A stretch of 64,000 bases of DNA from an uncultured Syntrophobacterales bacterium (lineage in GTDB: Bacteria; Desulfobacterota; Syntrophia; Syntrophales; UBA5619), in the NCBI GenBank assembly GCA_903928915.1, contig CAIYSL010000068.1, positions 159,274 through 223,273 of the forward strand, in the 5' to 3' direction. Under the pieces are notes generated by a model. That model did no database searches, was not told the origin of the DNA, and saw only the letters and a program-made list of their open reading frames with translations. How positions within the stretch are numbered: position 1 is the stretch's first letter; every line of letters begins with the position of its first letter. Both the position numbers and the translations under genes were made by a program. Shown here piece after piece: positions 54,842 to 64,000 of this stretch.

Positions 54842-56206
54842 ATGGACCTGAAACCGCTGTTCGAGCCCCGGAGCATGGCCGTGTTCGGGGTGTCGCTGAG
54901 CAATGACCGGCACCCGGCCAACGAAATCTTCAACAAGAACCTGCTGCGCTATCCGGTTCGCGTCTACGGCGTCAACCCACGGGGAGGGACGATCAACGGC
55001 GAGCAGATCCACCGGAGCATCGCGGAGGTGCCCGAGCCGGTCGATCTTGCCGTCATTGCGGTCCGGGCCGACCTCGTCCCGGACGTTCTCACCGCCTGTA
55101 TCGCGGCCAAGGTCCGCTCCGCGGTGGTCATCTCAGGCGGGTTCGGGGAGGTAGGGAGACTCGACCTCCAGGGGCGGCTGGCGGCCGTCGCCAAGGAGGC
55201 CTCCTTTCCCTTCATCGGCCCCAACTGCCTGGGGATCTACTCCCCGGCCCGCGTCGACACCTTCTTCCTGCCGGGAGAACGGATGGTCACCCCTGCCGTG
55301 GGCAACGTCTCCTTCGTGAGCCAGAGCGGGGGGATCCTCGTGGACCAGATGATCAACTTCACGAACGAAGGGGTGGGGCTCGCCAAGGCGATCAGCATCG
55401 GCAACAAGGCGCTCCTCGGCGAGCTGGAGATCCTCGAGTACCTCGCCCAAGACCCGGCAACGCAGGTGATCGCCTTCTACATCGAAGGGTTCGGGCCGAA
55501 GGAGGGGCGCCAGTTCGTCCTTCGGGCCGGCGGGTGCGGCAAGCCGGTGGTTGTGCTGAAATCCGGCAAGAGCCCCGGCGGGAGCGCGGCCGTGTCGAGC
55601 CATACGGCCTCCCTGGCCGGGGACTATGCGAGCTTTTCCGCGGTCCTGGCCCAGTACGGGATCGTGGAGGCGACCAGTGAACTGGAGCTCGTCTCCTTCT
55701 GCGAGTCGCTCAGCGCGTACGCCAGACCGATCGCCGGCAATGTCGGAATCGTCACGGTCAGCGGGGGGCACGGGGCGATTGCCGTCGACGCCTGCACGGC
55801 CCGCGGGATCCGCGTCCCGGAGGTGCCTGCAGAGGCCTGCGAGACGCTGCGGAAATCCCTCAGCGCAAGCGTCCGGGAGATCGCCTCCCTGACGAACCCT
55901 GTGGACCTGACCGGGAGCGGAATCGATGACGATTTCGTCGCCGCCGCCCGGTTCTTCTTCGGCCGCGACGAGATCGACTGCGTGCTCGCATTGCTCCTTC
56001 CCTACGTCCCCGGGATCACGTCCGACCTCGGCGCGAAGCTCAGCTACGCGGCCCGGCAGTGCGGCAAACCGCTCATCGCCTACGTGCCCCATGTGGAGAA
56101 ATACGCCATGCTCATCGAGGGGTTCAATCTCAACGGCGCACCGGTATCCCCCTCCATCGAGGGGGCCGTGCTGATGGTGGAAGCCCTGCGGAGGAACAGA
56201 CAATGA
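54842..56206 (+). CDS. NDP-forming acyl-CoA synthetase, alpha (CoA-binding) subunit
   Basis: FEPRSMAVFG, GPNCLG, SQSGG, SIGNKA, SHTASLAG (phospho-His), NPVDLTG. Confidence 0.92.
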   Translation: MDLKPLFEPRSMAVFGVSLSNDRHPANEIFNKNLLRYPVRVYGVNPRGGTINGEQIHRSIAEVPEPVDLAVIAVRADLVPDVLTACIAAKVRSAVVISGGFGEVGRLDLQGRLAAVAKEASFPFIGPNCLGIYSPARVDTFFLPGERMVTPAVGNVSFVSQSGGILVDQMINFTNEGVGLAKAISIGNKALLGELEILEYLAQDPATQVIAFYIEGFGPKEGRQFVLRAGGCGKPVVVLKSGKSPGGSAAVSSHTASLAGDYASFSAVLAQYGIVEATSELELVSFCESLSAYARPIAGNVGIVTVSGGHGAIAVDACTARGIRVPEVPAEACETLRKSLSASVREIASLTNPVDLTGSGIDDDFVAAARFFFGRDEIDCVLALLLPYVPGITSDLGAKLSYAARQCGKPLIAYVPHVEKYAMLIEGFNLNGAPVSPSIEGAVLMVEALRRNRQ

Positions 56207-56892
56207 ACGATTACCCTGCCGAGGCCCGGCGGATCATCGCCGCGGCCCGTTCCGGGGGGTGGGTGCTGGAGCCCGAGGCCAAGCGGCTGTTCGGCCTGGC
56301 GGGGTTCGATCTCCCCCGCTTTGCCCTTGCCCGGACCGCGGAGGAGGCGCTCCGGTTTGCCGGCGAGATCGGCTATCCCGTGGCCGCCAAGGTCATCTCG
56401 CCCCGCATCCTCCACAAGTCGGACGCGGGCGGTGTTGCCGTGGGGATCCCCGCGGCCGGCGGCCTGGAAGAGGCCTTCCGGCGTTTCCGAAAACTGGACG
56501 GGTTCGCCGGCATGCTCGTCGAGGAGATGGTCTCCGGGGTGGAGCTGATCCTCGGCGCGAAGATCGACGTGCAGTTCGGGCCGATGGTCCTGCTGGGGAT
56601 GGGAGGGACGGGCGTCGAGATCTACCAGGACATCGCCCTCAGGATGGCGCCCCTGGCGGAGAGGGACGCCGCCGCGATGATCGCCGCACTCAGGGCCCGG
56701 CGGCTCCTCGATGGGTACCGGGGGGCGGAGGCGGTCAATCGGGAAAAACTGATCGCGACCATCCTCGCTTTCTCCGCAGTGGCCATGGACCTGGAGGGGC
56801 TGATCGCGTCGATCGACATCAACCCCCTCATCTGCTCCGCACGGCGCTGCGTGGTCGCCGACGCCCGGATCATCCTCGGGGAATACGCCTAA
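56203..56892 (+). CDS. NDP-forming acyl-CoA synthetase, beta (ATP-grasp) subunit
   Basis: LEPEAK, GYPVAAK...HKSDAGGV, FGPMVLLGMGG, DINPL...DARI; ATGA overlap. Confidence 0.92.
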   Translation: MNDYPAEARRIIAAARSGGWVLEPEAKRLFGLAGFDLPRFALARTAEEALRFAGEIGYPVAAKVISPRILHKSDAGGVAVGIPAAGGLEEAFRRFRKLDGFAGMLVEEMVSGVELILGAKIDVQFGPMVLLGMGGTGVEIYQDIALRMAPLAERDAAAMIAALRARRLLDGYRGAEAVNREKLIATILAFSAVAMDLEGLIASIDINPLICSARRCVVADARIILGEYA

Positions 56893-57026
56893 TCCGGGTG
56901 ATGGGCACGCATCTCTCCTTCACCTACCTATACGGAAAATAATCTCTTTATTTGCTATTGATGTTAGTGTGTTAAACTGTGTTTACGTTTTCATAGATTC
57001 CGCGGCAACGTAGGATTCTTGAATCG

Positions 57027-59762
57027 CTACATTGCCGGCAGTCCGTCAACCATCCGGTAGTCGGAACTCCCGTTCATCTGAAACCCCACCATATTCCGGT
57101 CGGCGGAATAGGTAATGTAGGTTGCAGTATTTATGCTCTGACTGAAGAACCCCATCGCGAAATCATGCGCCTTTGCAAATCCATTCACTGTGAACGTCTG
57201 CGTGGTTACGACCGCGCCCGAGTCATCATACGCAGTGAGCGTTACCGAAGCCGGCAACGCTTCGGTGTTCACGAGGACGAGGTCGGTCCACCCATCCTTC
57301 TCGATCTTCGAAAAAACCCCTGCCCTTGCAGCGGCCCTCCCTCCACCCCCATAACCCGCGAGCAGATTTAAATCGTTCGATCCAAGGAGTTCAAAGCCGG
57401 TGAGCGGGCTCGTGGATTGTATTTTGAACCACGCTGTTTCGGTAGGAAGGTTTAGGTCTGCGACAGCGCCGATATATTTTTCTTTACCCGCAAGAGTAAG
57501 GACTTTTATGGTGAGCGGATCACCCTGGGCGCTATAGGGGCTGATGGTGATTGTACAAGGCGTGCTCGCGGGATTATATGCCACGACGCCTGTCCACCAT
57601 CCACTGCCGGCGATGTGAGGATAGTAAAGCGTCGACGTGGTTTTATCCGTAAGCGTTATTCCTTCCAGCTGGCTGCCGCTGGGAAGGTCTAGGCTGCCGA
57701 AGAGCTCCAACCCGACAACTCCGCTGGCATTTCTGATCACCGCCGATTTGATCCCCGGCTGAGGTTGATTCCCGAACAGCTCCCGTATCGCGAATGCCCG
57801 GTGCTCATTTGCCCCAAGCGAGAGCTGTTGCGTTCTGCCATCGCTGAAGGCAATGGTCAACATCTTCGCTGTCGCTGTGGTATTCACCAGGCTTACTCCC
57901 GTCCACCACTGGTCGCTGGAGTCTATGTGGGTGAGGTAGATGTCATTGGTATTGATATCCTTCGTCGTGGGAACAGCGACCCGATAAACACCATTGATAA
58001 GAAATTTGATGTAGCCTTGGATCGTATCTGCGTCGGCTTCAAGAACGATGTAACCGATTCTCGTGTTGGCAGCAAATTCACTTGCAACGTCGATCTGTCT
58101 GCGTCCATGGGCGGGCAGGGTTACCGATTTTGACTCCACCAGCTGACCCTGGTTGGTGTATCCCTTCAGGATGCCGCTTACGCGTTCGGTCCCGCTCGTG
58201 TTTATGATGGCGATCTCGGTCTGCCATCCGTTGTTCGTGTCTACGTGCGAAAAATAAAGTGACGCAGCGGGTGCTGCACCGGTCTGAGTAACAGTAAAGG
58301 TCTTCCCTCCGAGGATGATGAATCCTGTCCTCGAAATTCCCGGTGTATTGGCTGAGACGACATAGGAAACCGTTCCATCACCCATACCCGCACTCCCCTC
58401 CGTGATCGTGAGCCACTCCACATTGCTGACTGCTGTCCAGTTACATGCGAAGGACGAAGCGCGGACTTTAATGGAACCACTGACGCTGAAGGCATTAACG
58501 TCTATACCGGCAGGGGCGATTTCATAGGTACATGCCGAGGATGATGACTCTTTCCACTTTGCGAGGGTTAGGATTCTCTGGTCGCTGAGAAACGTGCTGA
58601 ACGCTGCCCGGGTTTCCGGTGCAGAGCTTCCGTCGATGAGCGACCCTACCCCGGAAGTCCCCCCCCAAACACGCCATCCACGAGCAAACCAGAGGCTGAA
58701 CCCACGAAATCGCTGGATATCCATGAAGGCACCGGCTGCTTGATTCCAGAAGTCCGAACGAGCAACAGGGCCAAGTTCGCTGATGAAGATCGGTTTGTCG
58801 AGGCCGATTGTCTCGATAGATGCGAGCGTGTTTAGCGCACTTGCAGGAAGTGCTGGCGCATCGAAATAGAGGTCAACTCCCAACATGTCTACATATGCGT
58901 CGCCTGGGTAAAAGGCTGGCGCACTGCACGATGCACCGCTGCAGAGATCACCCATTGCCCAGAGCCAGATGACATTTGATACTCCCTCCGCCTGGAATAG
59001 CTCGAAGGTCATTTTCCACAATGCCTTGTAGTCGTCGGCGTTCCCGCCCCACCAAAACCAACCGCCGTTGCCTTCATGGAATGGACGGAAGACGATCGGC
59101 CTCCCGACTGCTTTCATTTCATGCGCAAGTTGCCTGATATAGGTTGTGAATGCTGCGTGGCCGCTTCCGCCGGGGAGAACTCCGGCCGCATGGTTGTGTG
59201 TATCGTTCATCCCTCCTGCCGGTGGTGTCCCGGCTCCGAACGGAACGGTAAAGTTATTCAACGAAATCATCACCCAAGGGAGTCCACCCGAGGCAGCAAA
59301 GGCTGCAAGACCTTCCCAGTCACGATGTGCCACGGCACTATTGCGCTCCGCCATCTCCCACTCCATACATGCGGGTAGACCGGCATCGAGGCCGTAGAGC
59401 TCGACCCAGCGAGCCTGAACTTGACTGATCGGTACAGTGACAAAGGCATTGGCGGCCGAGCCAAGGGCATCCACCCCCAGGAGCCAAGCCTGTTCAGAGC
59501 GAATGCGATCATAGACTAGCTGGGTATCGGTGTCCAGGTGAGGTCGGACCGTGAGCGGCATGCCGCGGGCAAGAGAGCCTGTCACCGCCCGCGTCATTGT
59601 ATCGTCTGCGAGTCGCATAGGGGATGTTTCATGCTGGTATTGTTTGTCATCATAAGGTAAGGCGATCCGTCCGCTCTTCGGCAAGGGGGCCAGTGCCGAG
59701 AATACGGATGAGGGAACGAGAATAAGAGTAAACAGGACGATAAGGAAAGGGTAGTGTATCAT
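57027..59762 (-). CDS. Secreted GH26-family glycoside hydrolase with BACON domain and four C-terminal repeats
   Basis: Signal peptide; RPFHEGNGGWFWWG, YPGDAYVD.LGVD.Y, KPIFISELG; BACON (CNWTAVSNVEWLTI...FTVTQ). ATG 59762 preferred. Confidence 0.88.
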   Translation of the reverse strand: MIHYPFLIVLFTLILVPSSVFSALAPLPKSGRIALPYDDKQYQHETSPMRLADDTMTRAVTGSLARGMPLTVRPHLDTDTQLVYDRIRSEQAWLLGVDALGSAANAFVTVPISQVQARWVELYGLDAGLPACMEWEMAERNSAVAHRDWEGLAAFAASGGLPWVMISLNNFTVPFGAGTPPAGGMNDTHNHAAGVLPGGSGHAAFTTYIRQLAHEMKAVGRPIVFRPFHEGNGGWFWWGGNADDYKALWKMTFELFQAEGVSNVIWLWAMGDLCSGASCSAPAFYPGDAYVDMLGVDLYFDAPALPASALNTLASIETIGLDKPIFISELGPVARSDFWNQAAGAFMDIQRFRGFSLWFARGWRVWGGTSGVGSLIDGSSAPETRAAFSTFLSDQRILTLAKWKESSSSACTYEIAPAGIDVNAFSVSGSIKVRASSFACNWTAVSNVEWLTITEGSAGMGDGTVSYVVSANTPGISRTGFIILGGKTFTVTQTGAAPAASLYFSHVDTNNGWQTEIAIINTSGTERVSGILKGYTNQGQLVESKSVTLPAHGRRQIDVASEFAANTRIGYIVLEADADTIQGYIKFLINGVYRVAVPTTKDINTNDIYLTHIDSSDQWWTGVSLVNTTATAKMLTIAFSDGRTQQLSLGANEHRAFAIRELFGNQPQPGIKSAVIRNASGVVGLELFGSLDLPSGSQLEGITLTDKTTSTLYYPHIAGSGWWTGVVAYNPASTPCTITISPYSAQGDPLTIKVLTLAGKEKYIGAVADLNLPTETAWFKIQSTSPLTGFELLGSNDLNLLAGYGGGGRAAARAGVFSKIEKDGWTDLVLVNTEALPASVTLTAYDDSGAVVTTQTFTVNGFAKAHDFAMGFFSQSINTATYITYSADRNMVGFQMNGSSDYRMVDGLPAM

Positions 59763-60223
59763 CACGGCACCTCGGTACGAGAATCCCAGCAAATCTTGGC
59801 TATCAGAACGGAGCAACTACTGGCCACGCTAAGACAAATGAAGGATTCGGTACACAGAGTGGACTATCTCCGTGCCGTCCACCTCTACACTATCACGGAA
59901 GATCGGTTCGCTTTTTGAGATGGCGGTCTGATCTGGCACATCTATGTACCGGGAATCTCAACAAAGAATATCGGCAGAGGGGAGTAAAACTTTATCCCGC
60001 GAACAGACGCGCCAGGAAACACCGGACCTTTACGGTCACTGAGTGATTGGAGCCGATCCTCTGCGATCGCCAATAGCCGGGATAGTTCAGGAAGCTATAC
60101 GCACTAACGGTATAAGCAGGAAATTGGCGGGCAGCGCTCAGCCGAAAAATATGATATACAGTGCCGCAGGCGTCCGGGACTGACTGAACGGAAGACTCAG
60201 GGGGATCACACCGGAGGGGATAC

Positions 60224-61849
60224 ATGGAGATGAATGTCATCATCGCCGGGGAGGCAGGGCAGGGCGCCTTTTCCGTCGAGATGGAGTTGACCGAGACCCT
60301 GTCGCGGCTGAACTACCACTTCTTCGCCACGAAGAACTACATGTCCCGGATCCGCGGCGGCCACAATTATCATATAGTCCGCATCGCCGACCACCCCGTC
60401 CATGCCCTGAGCGGGGGGATATGGGACATGGTGGTCGCCCTGGACGGGGAGACCGAGCGGAGGCACAGGCCAGACCTCCGCGAAGGGGGGATTTACCTCT
60501 CCCGGGAGATGACCGCCGCGGTCGCCGAGACGGCCAAGGAGGCCTTCGGAACCGTCGCCGCGAGCAACTCCGTCCTGGTCGGGATCATCCTGGCCGTCAT
60601 CGGCGTATCTGCCGAGAAATCGGCGGAGGCCGCCGAACCCGGGAGAGCGGAGTACGTAAGGAAGGGGTTCGAGTTTGCCGCAAAATGGAAATTGACCGCG
60701 GCCGTTCCCGTGTCGGCAGCGGCCGGGGTGCACCGCAAATTCGACGGCAATCAGGCCCTGGCCCTCGGCGCCGTCCTCGGCGGCTGCCAGTTCGTGGCCG
60801 GCTATCCCATGACGCCGGCCACCTCCATCCTCGACTATTTCGTGACCCTGGCCCAGGGGCTCCCCCTCCATTTCGAGCAGGCCGAAGACGAGATCGCCGC
60901 CATCAACATGGTCCTGGGGGCCTCGTACGCGGGACTCCGGGCCATGGCGGCCACCGCCGGCGGCGGGTTCGCCCTGATGCAGGAGGCGGTCTCGTTGGCG
61001 GGCATGACGGAGACGCCGGTGGTGATCGCCGTTGCCCAGCGGCCCGGCCCGGCCACGGGCCTGCCGACGCGGACCGAGCAGGCTGACCTCGCCTTCGTCC
61101 TGAACGCCGGCCACGGCGAGTTCCCCCGGATCATCTTCGCCCCGGGATCGATCGGGGAGATGATCGCCCTGAGCCGGAAGAGCTTCGCCTTGGCCGATCG
61201 GTATCAGATCCCGGTGTTCATCCTGACGGATCAGTACTTCGCCGATTCCGTCCAGATCGTCGAGGAGGAGATACCGCTTCAGGTGGACAGCCGTCAGTAC
61301 CCCGAGTTCGACGGGACCTACCTGCGCTACCGGCTCACCGACGAGGGGATATCGCCGCTGACCTTCCCCGGCCTGACCGCTGCCCTGGTCAAGCTCGACT
61401 CGGACGAGCACGACGAGGAGGGGAAGATCACCGAGGACCGCCGGATGCGGGTGCGGATGGTGGACAAGCGGCGTGGGAAACGCGCCCTGTTCGAGAAGGA
61501 GGCCGTCATGCCGACCTTTCACGGCGACCCCGGGGCCGGCATGGTCGTCCTCTGCTGGGGATCCACAAAGCTCATCGTGCAGGAGGCCGCCGAGCGGCTG
61601 ACCGCCCAGGGGACCCCCGTCGGCGTGCTCCATTTCGGCCAGGTGTATCCCCTGACGCGGGAGATGATCGCCCCGTTTGGGCTGGAGGGGAAAAAGCGGA
61701 TCTGCGTGGAGAACAATGCCGGCGGCCAGTTCAGCCGGCTGCTGAAGAGCGAGCTCGACCTCGGCGTGGACCGCCTGGTCCTGAAGTACGACGGCGAGAG
61801 TTTCACCGTCGACGAACTCACCCGGACCCTGAAGGGGTTGTTGGCCTAG
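60224..61849 (+). CDS. 2-oxoacid:acceptor (ferredoxin) oxidoreductase alpha subunit
   Basis: IAGEAGQG, SRIRGGHN, GYPMTPAT, QAEDEIAA, QRPGPATGLPTRTEQADL, DEHDE. Confidence 0.95.
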   Translation: MEMNVIIAGEAGQGAFSVEMELTETLSRLNYHFFATKNYMSRIRGGHNYHIVRIADHPVHALSGGIWDMVVALDGETERRHRPDLREGGIYLSREMTAAVAETAKEAFGTVAASNSVLVGIILAVIGVSAEKSAEAAEPGRAEYVRKGFEFAAKWKLTAAVPVSAAAGVHRKFDGNQALALGAVLGGCQFVAGYPMTPATSILDYFVTLAQGLPLHFEQAEDEIAAINMVLGASYAGLRAMAATAGGGFALMQEAVSLAGMTETPVVIAVAQRPGPATGLPTRTEQADLAFVLNAGHGEFPRIIFAPGSIGEMIALSRKSFALADRYQIPVFILTDQYFADSVQIVEEEIPLQVDSRQYPEFDGTYLRYRLTDEGISPLTFPGLTAALVKLDSDEHDEEGKITEDRRMRVRMVDKRRGKRALFEKEAVMPTFHGDPGAGMVVLCWGSTKLIVQEAAERLTAQGTPVGVLHFGQVYPLTREMIAPFGLEGKKRICVENNAGGQFSRLLKSELDLGVDRLVLKYDGESFTVDELTRTLKGLLA

Positions 61850-61859
61850 GAGTCGTTCC

Positions 61860-62684
61860 ATGGAAGCGAAAAGCGATATCGCCTGGTGCCCCGGTTGCGG
61901 AAATTTCGCCATCCGCGATGTCCTGGAGAAGCTCCTCCCGGAACTGCCCGTTCCGGCAAACCGGATCGTGTTCACGTCGGGGATCGGGCAGGCGGCCAAG
62001 ATGCCCCATTACCTGAAGGTGAACTACTTCAACGGCCTCCACGGCCGTTCCCTGCCCCTGGCCGTGGGGATCAAGCTTGCCCGGCCCGACCTGACCGTCA
62101 TCGCCTATTCCGGCGACGGCTGCATGTACGGCGAGGGGGGGAACCATTTTATCCATACGATCCGCCGGCAGCTGGATATCACCATCCTCGTCTCCGATAA
62201 CCAGGTCTACGCCCTGACCAAGGGGCAGAGTTCGCCCACGACCGATCCCGGGGCGATAAATTCCCTCTCCCCCGGGGGAAACCGGAATCTCCCCTTCAAT
62301 CCCGTCGCGCTGGCGATCGCGATGGGCGCCCCCTTTGTGGCCCGCGGCTTTGCCGGCGACAAGGAGCACCTCACGGAGCTGATCAGGCAGGCGATCCTGT
62401 TCCGCGGTACGGCACTGGTGGACATCCTGCAGCCCTGCGTCAGCTTCAACAAGGTCAACACCTATCAGTGGTACCGCCAGCGGGTGGTCAAGCTGGCAAA
62501 ACCGGCGACGGACCGCTCCGCGGCCCTGCAGACCGCCGAGAGATGGGGTGAACAGATCCCGATCGGCGTCATCTACCAAGACGACGCCGCCGAGTGCCGC
62601 GCCGGGGCGGAGATCTTCCGCAGAGGGGCTACCGCAGAGGAGGTCGCCTGCCAGATCGACATGAAGTGCGTGATGATGCGCTGA
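61860..62684 (+). CDS. 2-oxoacid:acceptor oxidoreductase beta (TPP-binding) subunit
   Basis: WCPGCGNF, LHGRSLP, SGDG...EGGNH, DNQVYALTKGQ.SPT, LQPCVSFN. Confidence 0.95.
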   Translation: MEAKSDIAWCPGCGNFAIRDVLEKLLPELPVPANRIVFTSGIGQAAKMPHYLKVNYFNGLHGRSLPLAVGIKLARPDLTVIAYSGDGCMYGEGGNHFIHTIRRQLDITILVSDNQVYALTKGQSSPTTDPGAINSLSPGGNRNLPFNPVALAIAMGAPFVARGFAGDKEHLTELIRQAILFRGTALVDILQPCVSFNKVNTYQWYRQRVVKLAKPATDRSAALQTAERWGEQIPIGVIYQDDAAECRAGAEIFRRGATAEEVACQIDMKCVMMR

Positions 62685-62911
62685 AGGCAGCTTTTTTCCG
62701 CTTGACAGCACCGCCGTTTCTCTATAGGTACCACCCGTGAGCGTACCCTCGTCGGAACGATCCCCGATGCCAAGGGCGCCGGCTCATCAACGTCAACCGT
62801 ATTTTCCCTGACTGCCACGATTGTGTAACTCGTACAGGAGTATGGTGTGCGGCTGTTCCCCCCTGGACGGTGTGGCTGAGCCGGGAATTCGATACAGCGG
62901 AAGCGGAGGCA

Positions 62912-64000
62912 ATGATGCGGGAATTTCAAGGTAAAGCGGCCCTTGCCGTGGGGGCCCTGTACATCGGGTTCGTCGGCTGGTCGGTCTACGGCGCCATCTG
63001 GCCGGTCGAAACCTACATCTTCCGCATGGTCCACATGGGGTTCATCTATGCGCTGGCATTCTGCGTCTACCCGGTCCGGCCGAACGCCGGCCGCTGGGCC
63101 GTCTGGCCGGACCTGCTGCTGGCCTTGCTGGGCATAGCCTCGATCGCCTACAGCTTCATCGACATGGACCAGTTCATCCGCCGCTCCACGCTGCCCGAGC
63201 CGCTGGACCTGCTGTTCGGCATCGTGGCGGTCGTCCTGCTCTTGGAGATCTCCCGCCGGATCGTCGACAACACCTTCACCCTGGTCGTGGTAGGGTTCCT
63301 GCTGTACACCCTGTTCGGGAACTATTTCCCCGACATCATCTCCCACAAGGGATACGACCTGGACCGGATCGTCGGCCACATGTACATGACCCTGGAGGGT
63401 ATCTTCGGGGTCCCGCTTTCGGTCAGCGTCTCCTTCGTGATGCTGTTCGTCGTGTACGGGACCTTCATGGACGTGGCCGGGGCCGGGGGGTTCTGGCTCG
63501 ACCTTTCGCTCGCCACGATGGGGAGAAAATCGGCGAGCGCCGGCAGGGGGGCGGTGATCACCTCGGCGCTCCTGGGGGGACCGCAGGGAAGCGGCGTGGC
63601 GACCACCATGTCCGTCACCCCGATCATGTGGCCCATCCTGCAGAAGGCCGGCTATTCGCCCAACATGGCCGCGGGGCTGATCGCCACCGGGGGGATCGGG
63701 GCGGTCCTCTCGCCGCCGCTGATGGGAGCGGCGGCCTTCTTGATCATGCAGTTTCTGAACATCTCCTTCTGGGAGGTGCTCGTCATGGTGACCGTGCCGA
63801 CGCTGCTGTACTACATCGGTACGCTGTTCATGGTGGAACTGGAGGCCCGCAAGTACCGGTTCATCCCCCCCGATGCCGAGGCCAAGACCGTCCGCCGGGT
63901 GATGCTGACCAAGGGGTACCACCTGGTGTCGATCGTCGTGCTGGTCCTCATCCTCGTCGTCTTCAACAAGTCGCCCGAATACGCGGCCCTCGGCGCCATC
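62912..64000 (+). CDS. TRAP transporter fused 4TM/12TM permease (3'-truncated; absent from the ORF track)
   Basis: Manual translation from ATG 62912 (GGAGG RBS) is open to the window end: EGIFGVPLSVS.SFVMLFVVYG, GSGVATT, PPLMGAAAFLI; highly hydrophobic. Confidence 0.92.
   Translation, partial: MMREFQGKAALAVGALYIGFVGWSVYGAIWPVETYIFRMVHMGFIYALAFCVYPVRPNAGRWAVWPDLLLALLGIASIAYSFIDMDQFIRRSTLPEPLDLLFGIVAVVLLLEISRRIVDNTFTLVVVGFLLYTLFGNYFPDIISHKGYDLDRIVGHMYMTLEGIFGVPLSVSVSFVMLFVVYGTFMDVAGAGGFWLDLSLATMGRKSASAGRGAVITSALLGGPQGSGVATTMSVTPIMWPILQKAGYSPNMAAGLIATGGIGAVLSPPLMGAAAFLIMQFLNISFWEVLVMVTVPTLLYYIGTLFMVELEARKYRFIPPDAEAKTVRRVMLTKGYHLVSIVVLVLILVVFNKSPEYAALGAI

Noticed and set aside
59992-60243. 83-aa minus-strand ORF upstream of the oxidoreductase alpha gene
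   Set aside because: Overlaps the start and RBS of the real gene and has no motifs.
14050-61999. Many long antisense or alternate-frame ORFs (e.g. 14050-16194, 20863-22602, 38824-41085, 60206-61999, all minus strand)
   Set aside because: Shadow ORFs of well-supported genes, expected at high GC3; no recognisable motifs.
1-64000. tRNA, rRNA, CRISPR arrays, transposases, integrases and selenocysteine read-through
   Set aside because: None recognised by eye: no regularly spaced repeats and no in-frame TGA splitting a conserved domain.

Overview
GC-rich bacterial chromosomal window. Gene order and protein families suggest Desulfobacterota/Syntrophales-like Deltaproteobacteria (inference). Positions 1-11.2 kb carry a flagellar operon: fliK (5'-truncated), a frameshifted FlhB-C-like gene, flgFGAHIJMNKL, csrA and fliW. 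A ~23 kb sigma54-driven flagellin glycosylation island (13.7-36.8 kb) follows, ending directly upstream of sigma28-driven fliC. The island encodes a pseudaminic-acid-type core (pseB, pseC, pseG, pseI, SpsF-type cytidylyltransferase, Maf) and many tailoring enzymes. Unusual elements are a MerR-HTH fused to PseB, a PseI with several substituted active-site motifs, two B12-dependent radical SAM enzymes, WbqC, DUF4910, a PIG-L deacetylase, two methyltransferases, a double-GT2/TPR glycosyltransferase and a TPR + radical SAM/SPASM pair abutting fliC. Downstream lie a giant fliD, fliS, a fliT-like gene, flaG and a signalling block (two HD-GYP proteins, lytic transglycosylase, class I adenylate cyclase, extended CheX, hybrid kinase). 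The window ends with msrAB, an ADP-forming acyl-CoA synthetase pair, a lower-GC secreted GH26-BACON protein, a 2-oxoacid oxidoreductase alpha/beta pair and a 3'-truncated TRAP permease. No tRNA, rRNA, CRISPR array or IS element was recognised. The best candidate for an undescribed system is the radical-SAM-tailored nonulosonic-acid flagellin modification pathway with its regulator-enzyme fusion. All family calls come from motif recognition by eye; no database searches were run.
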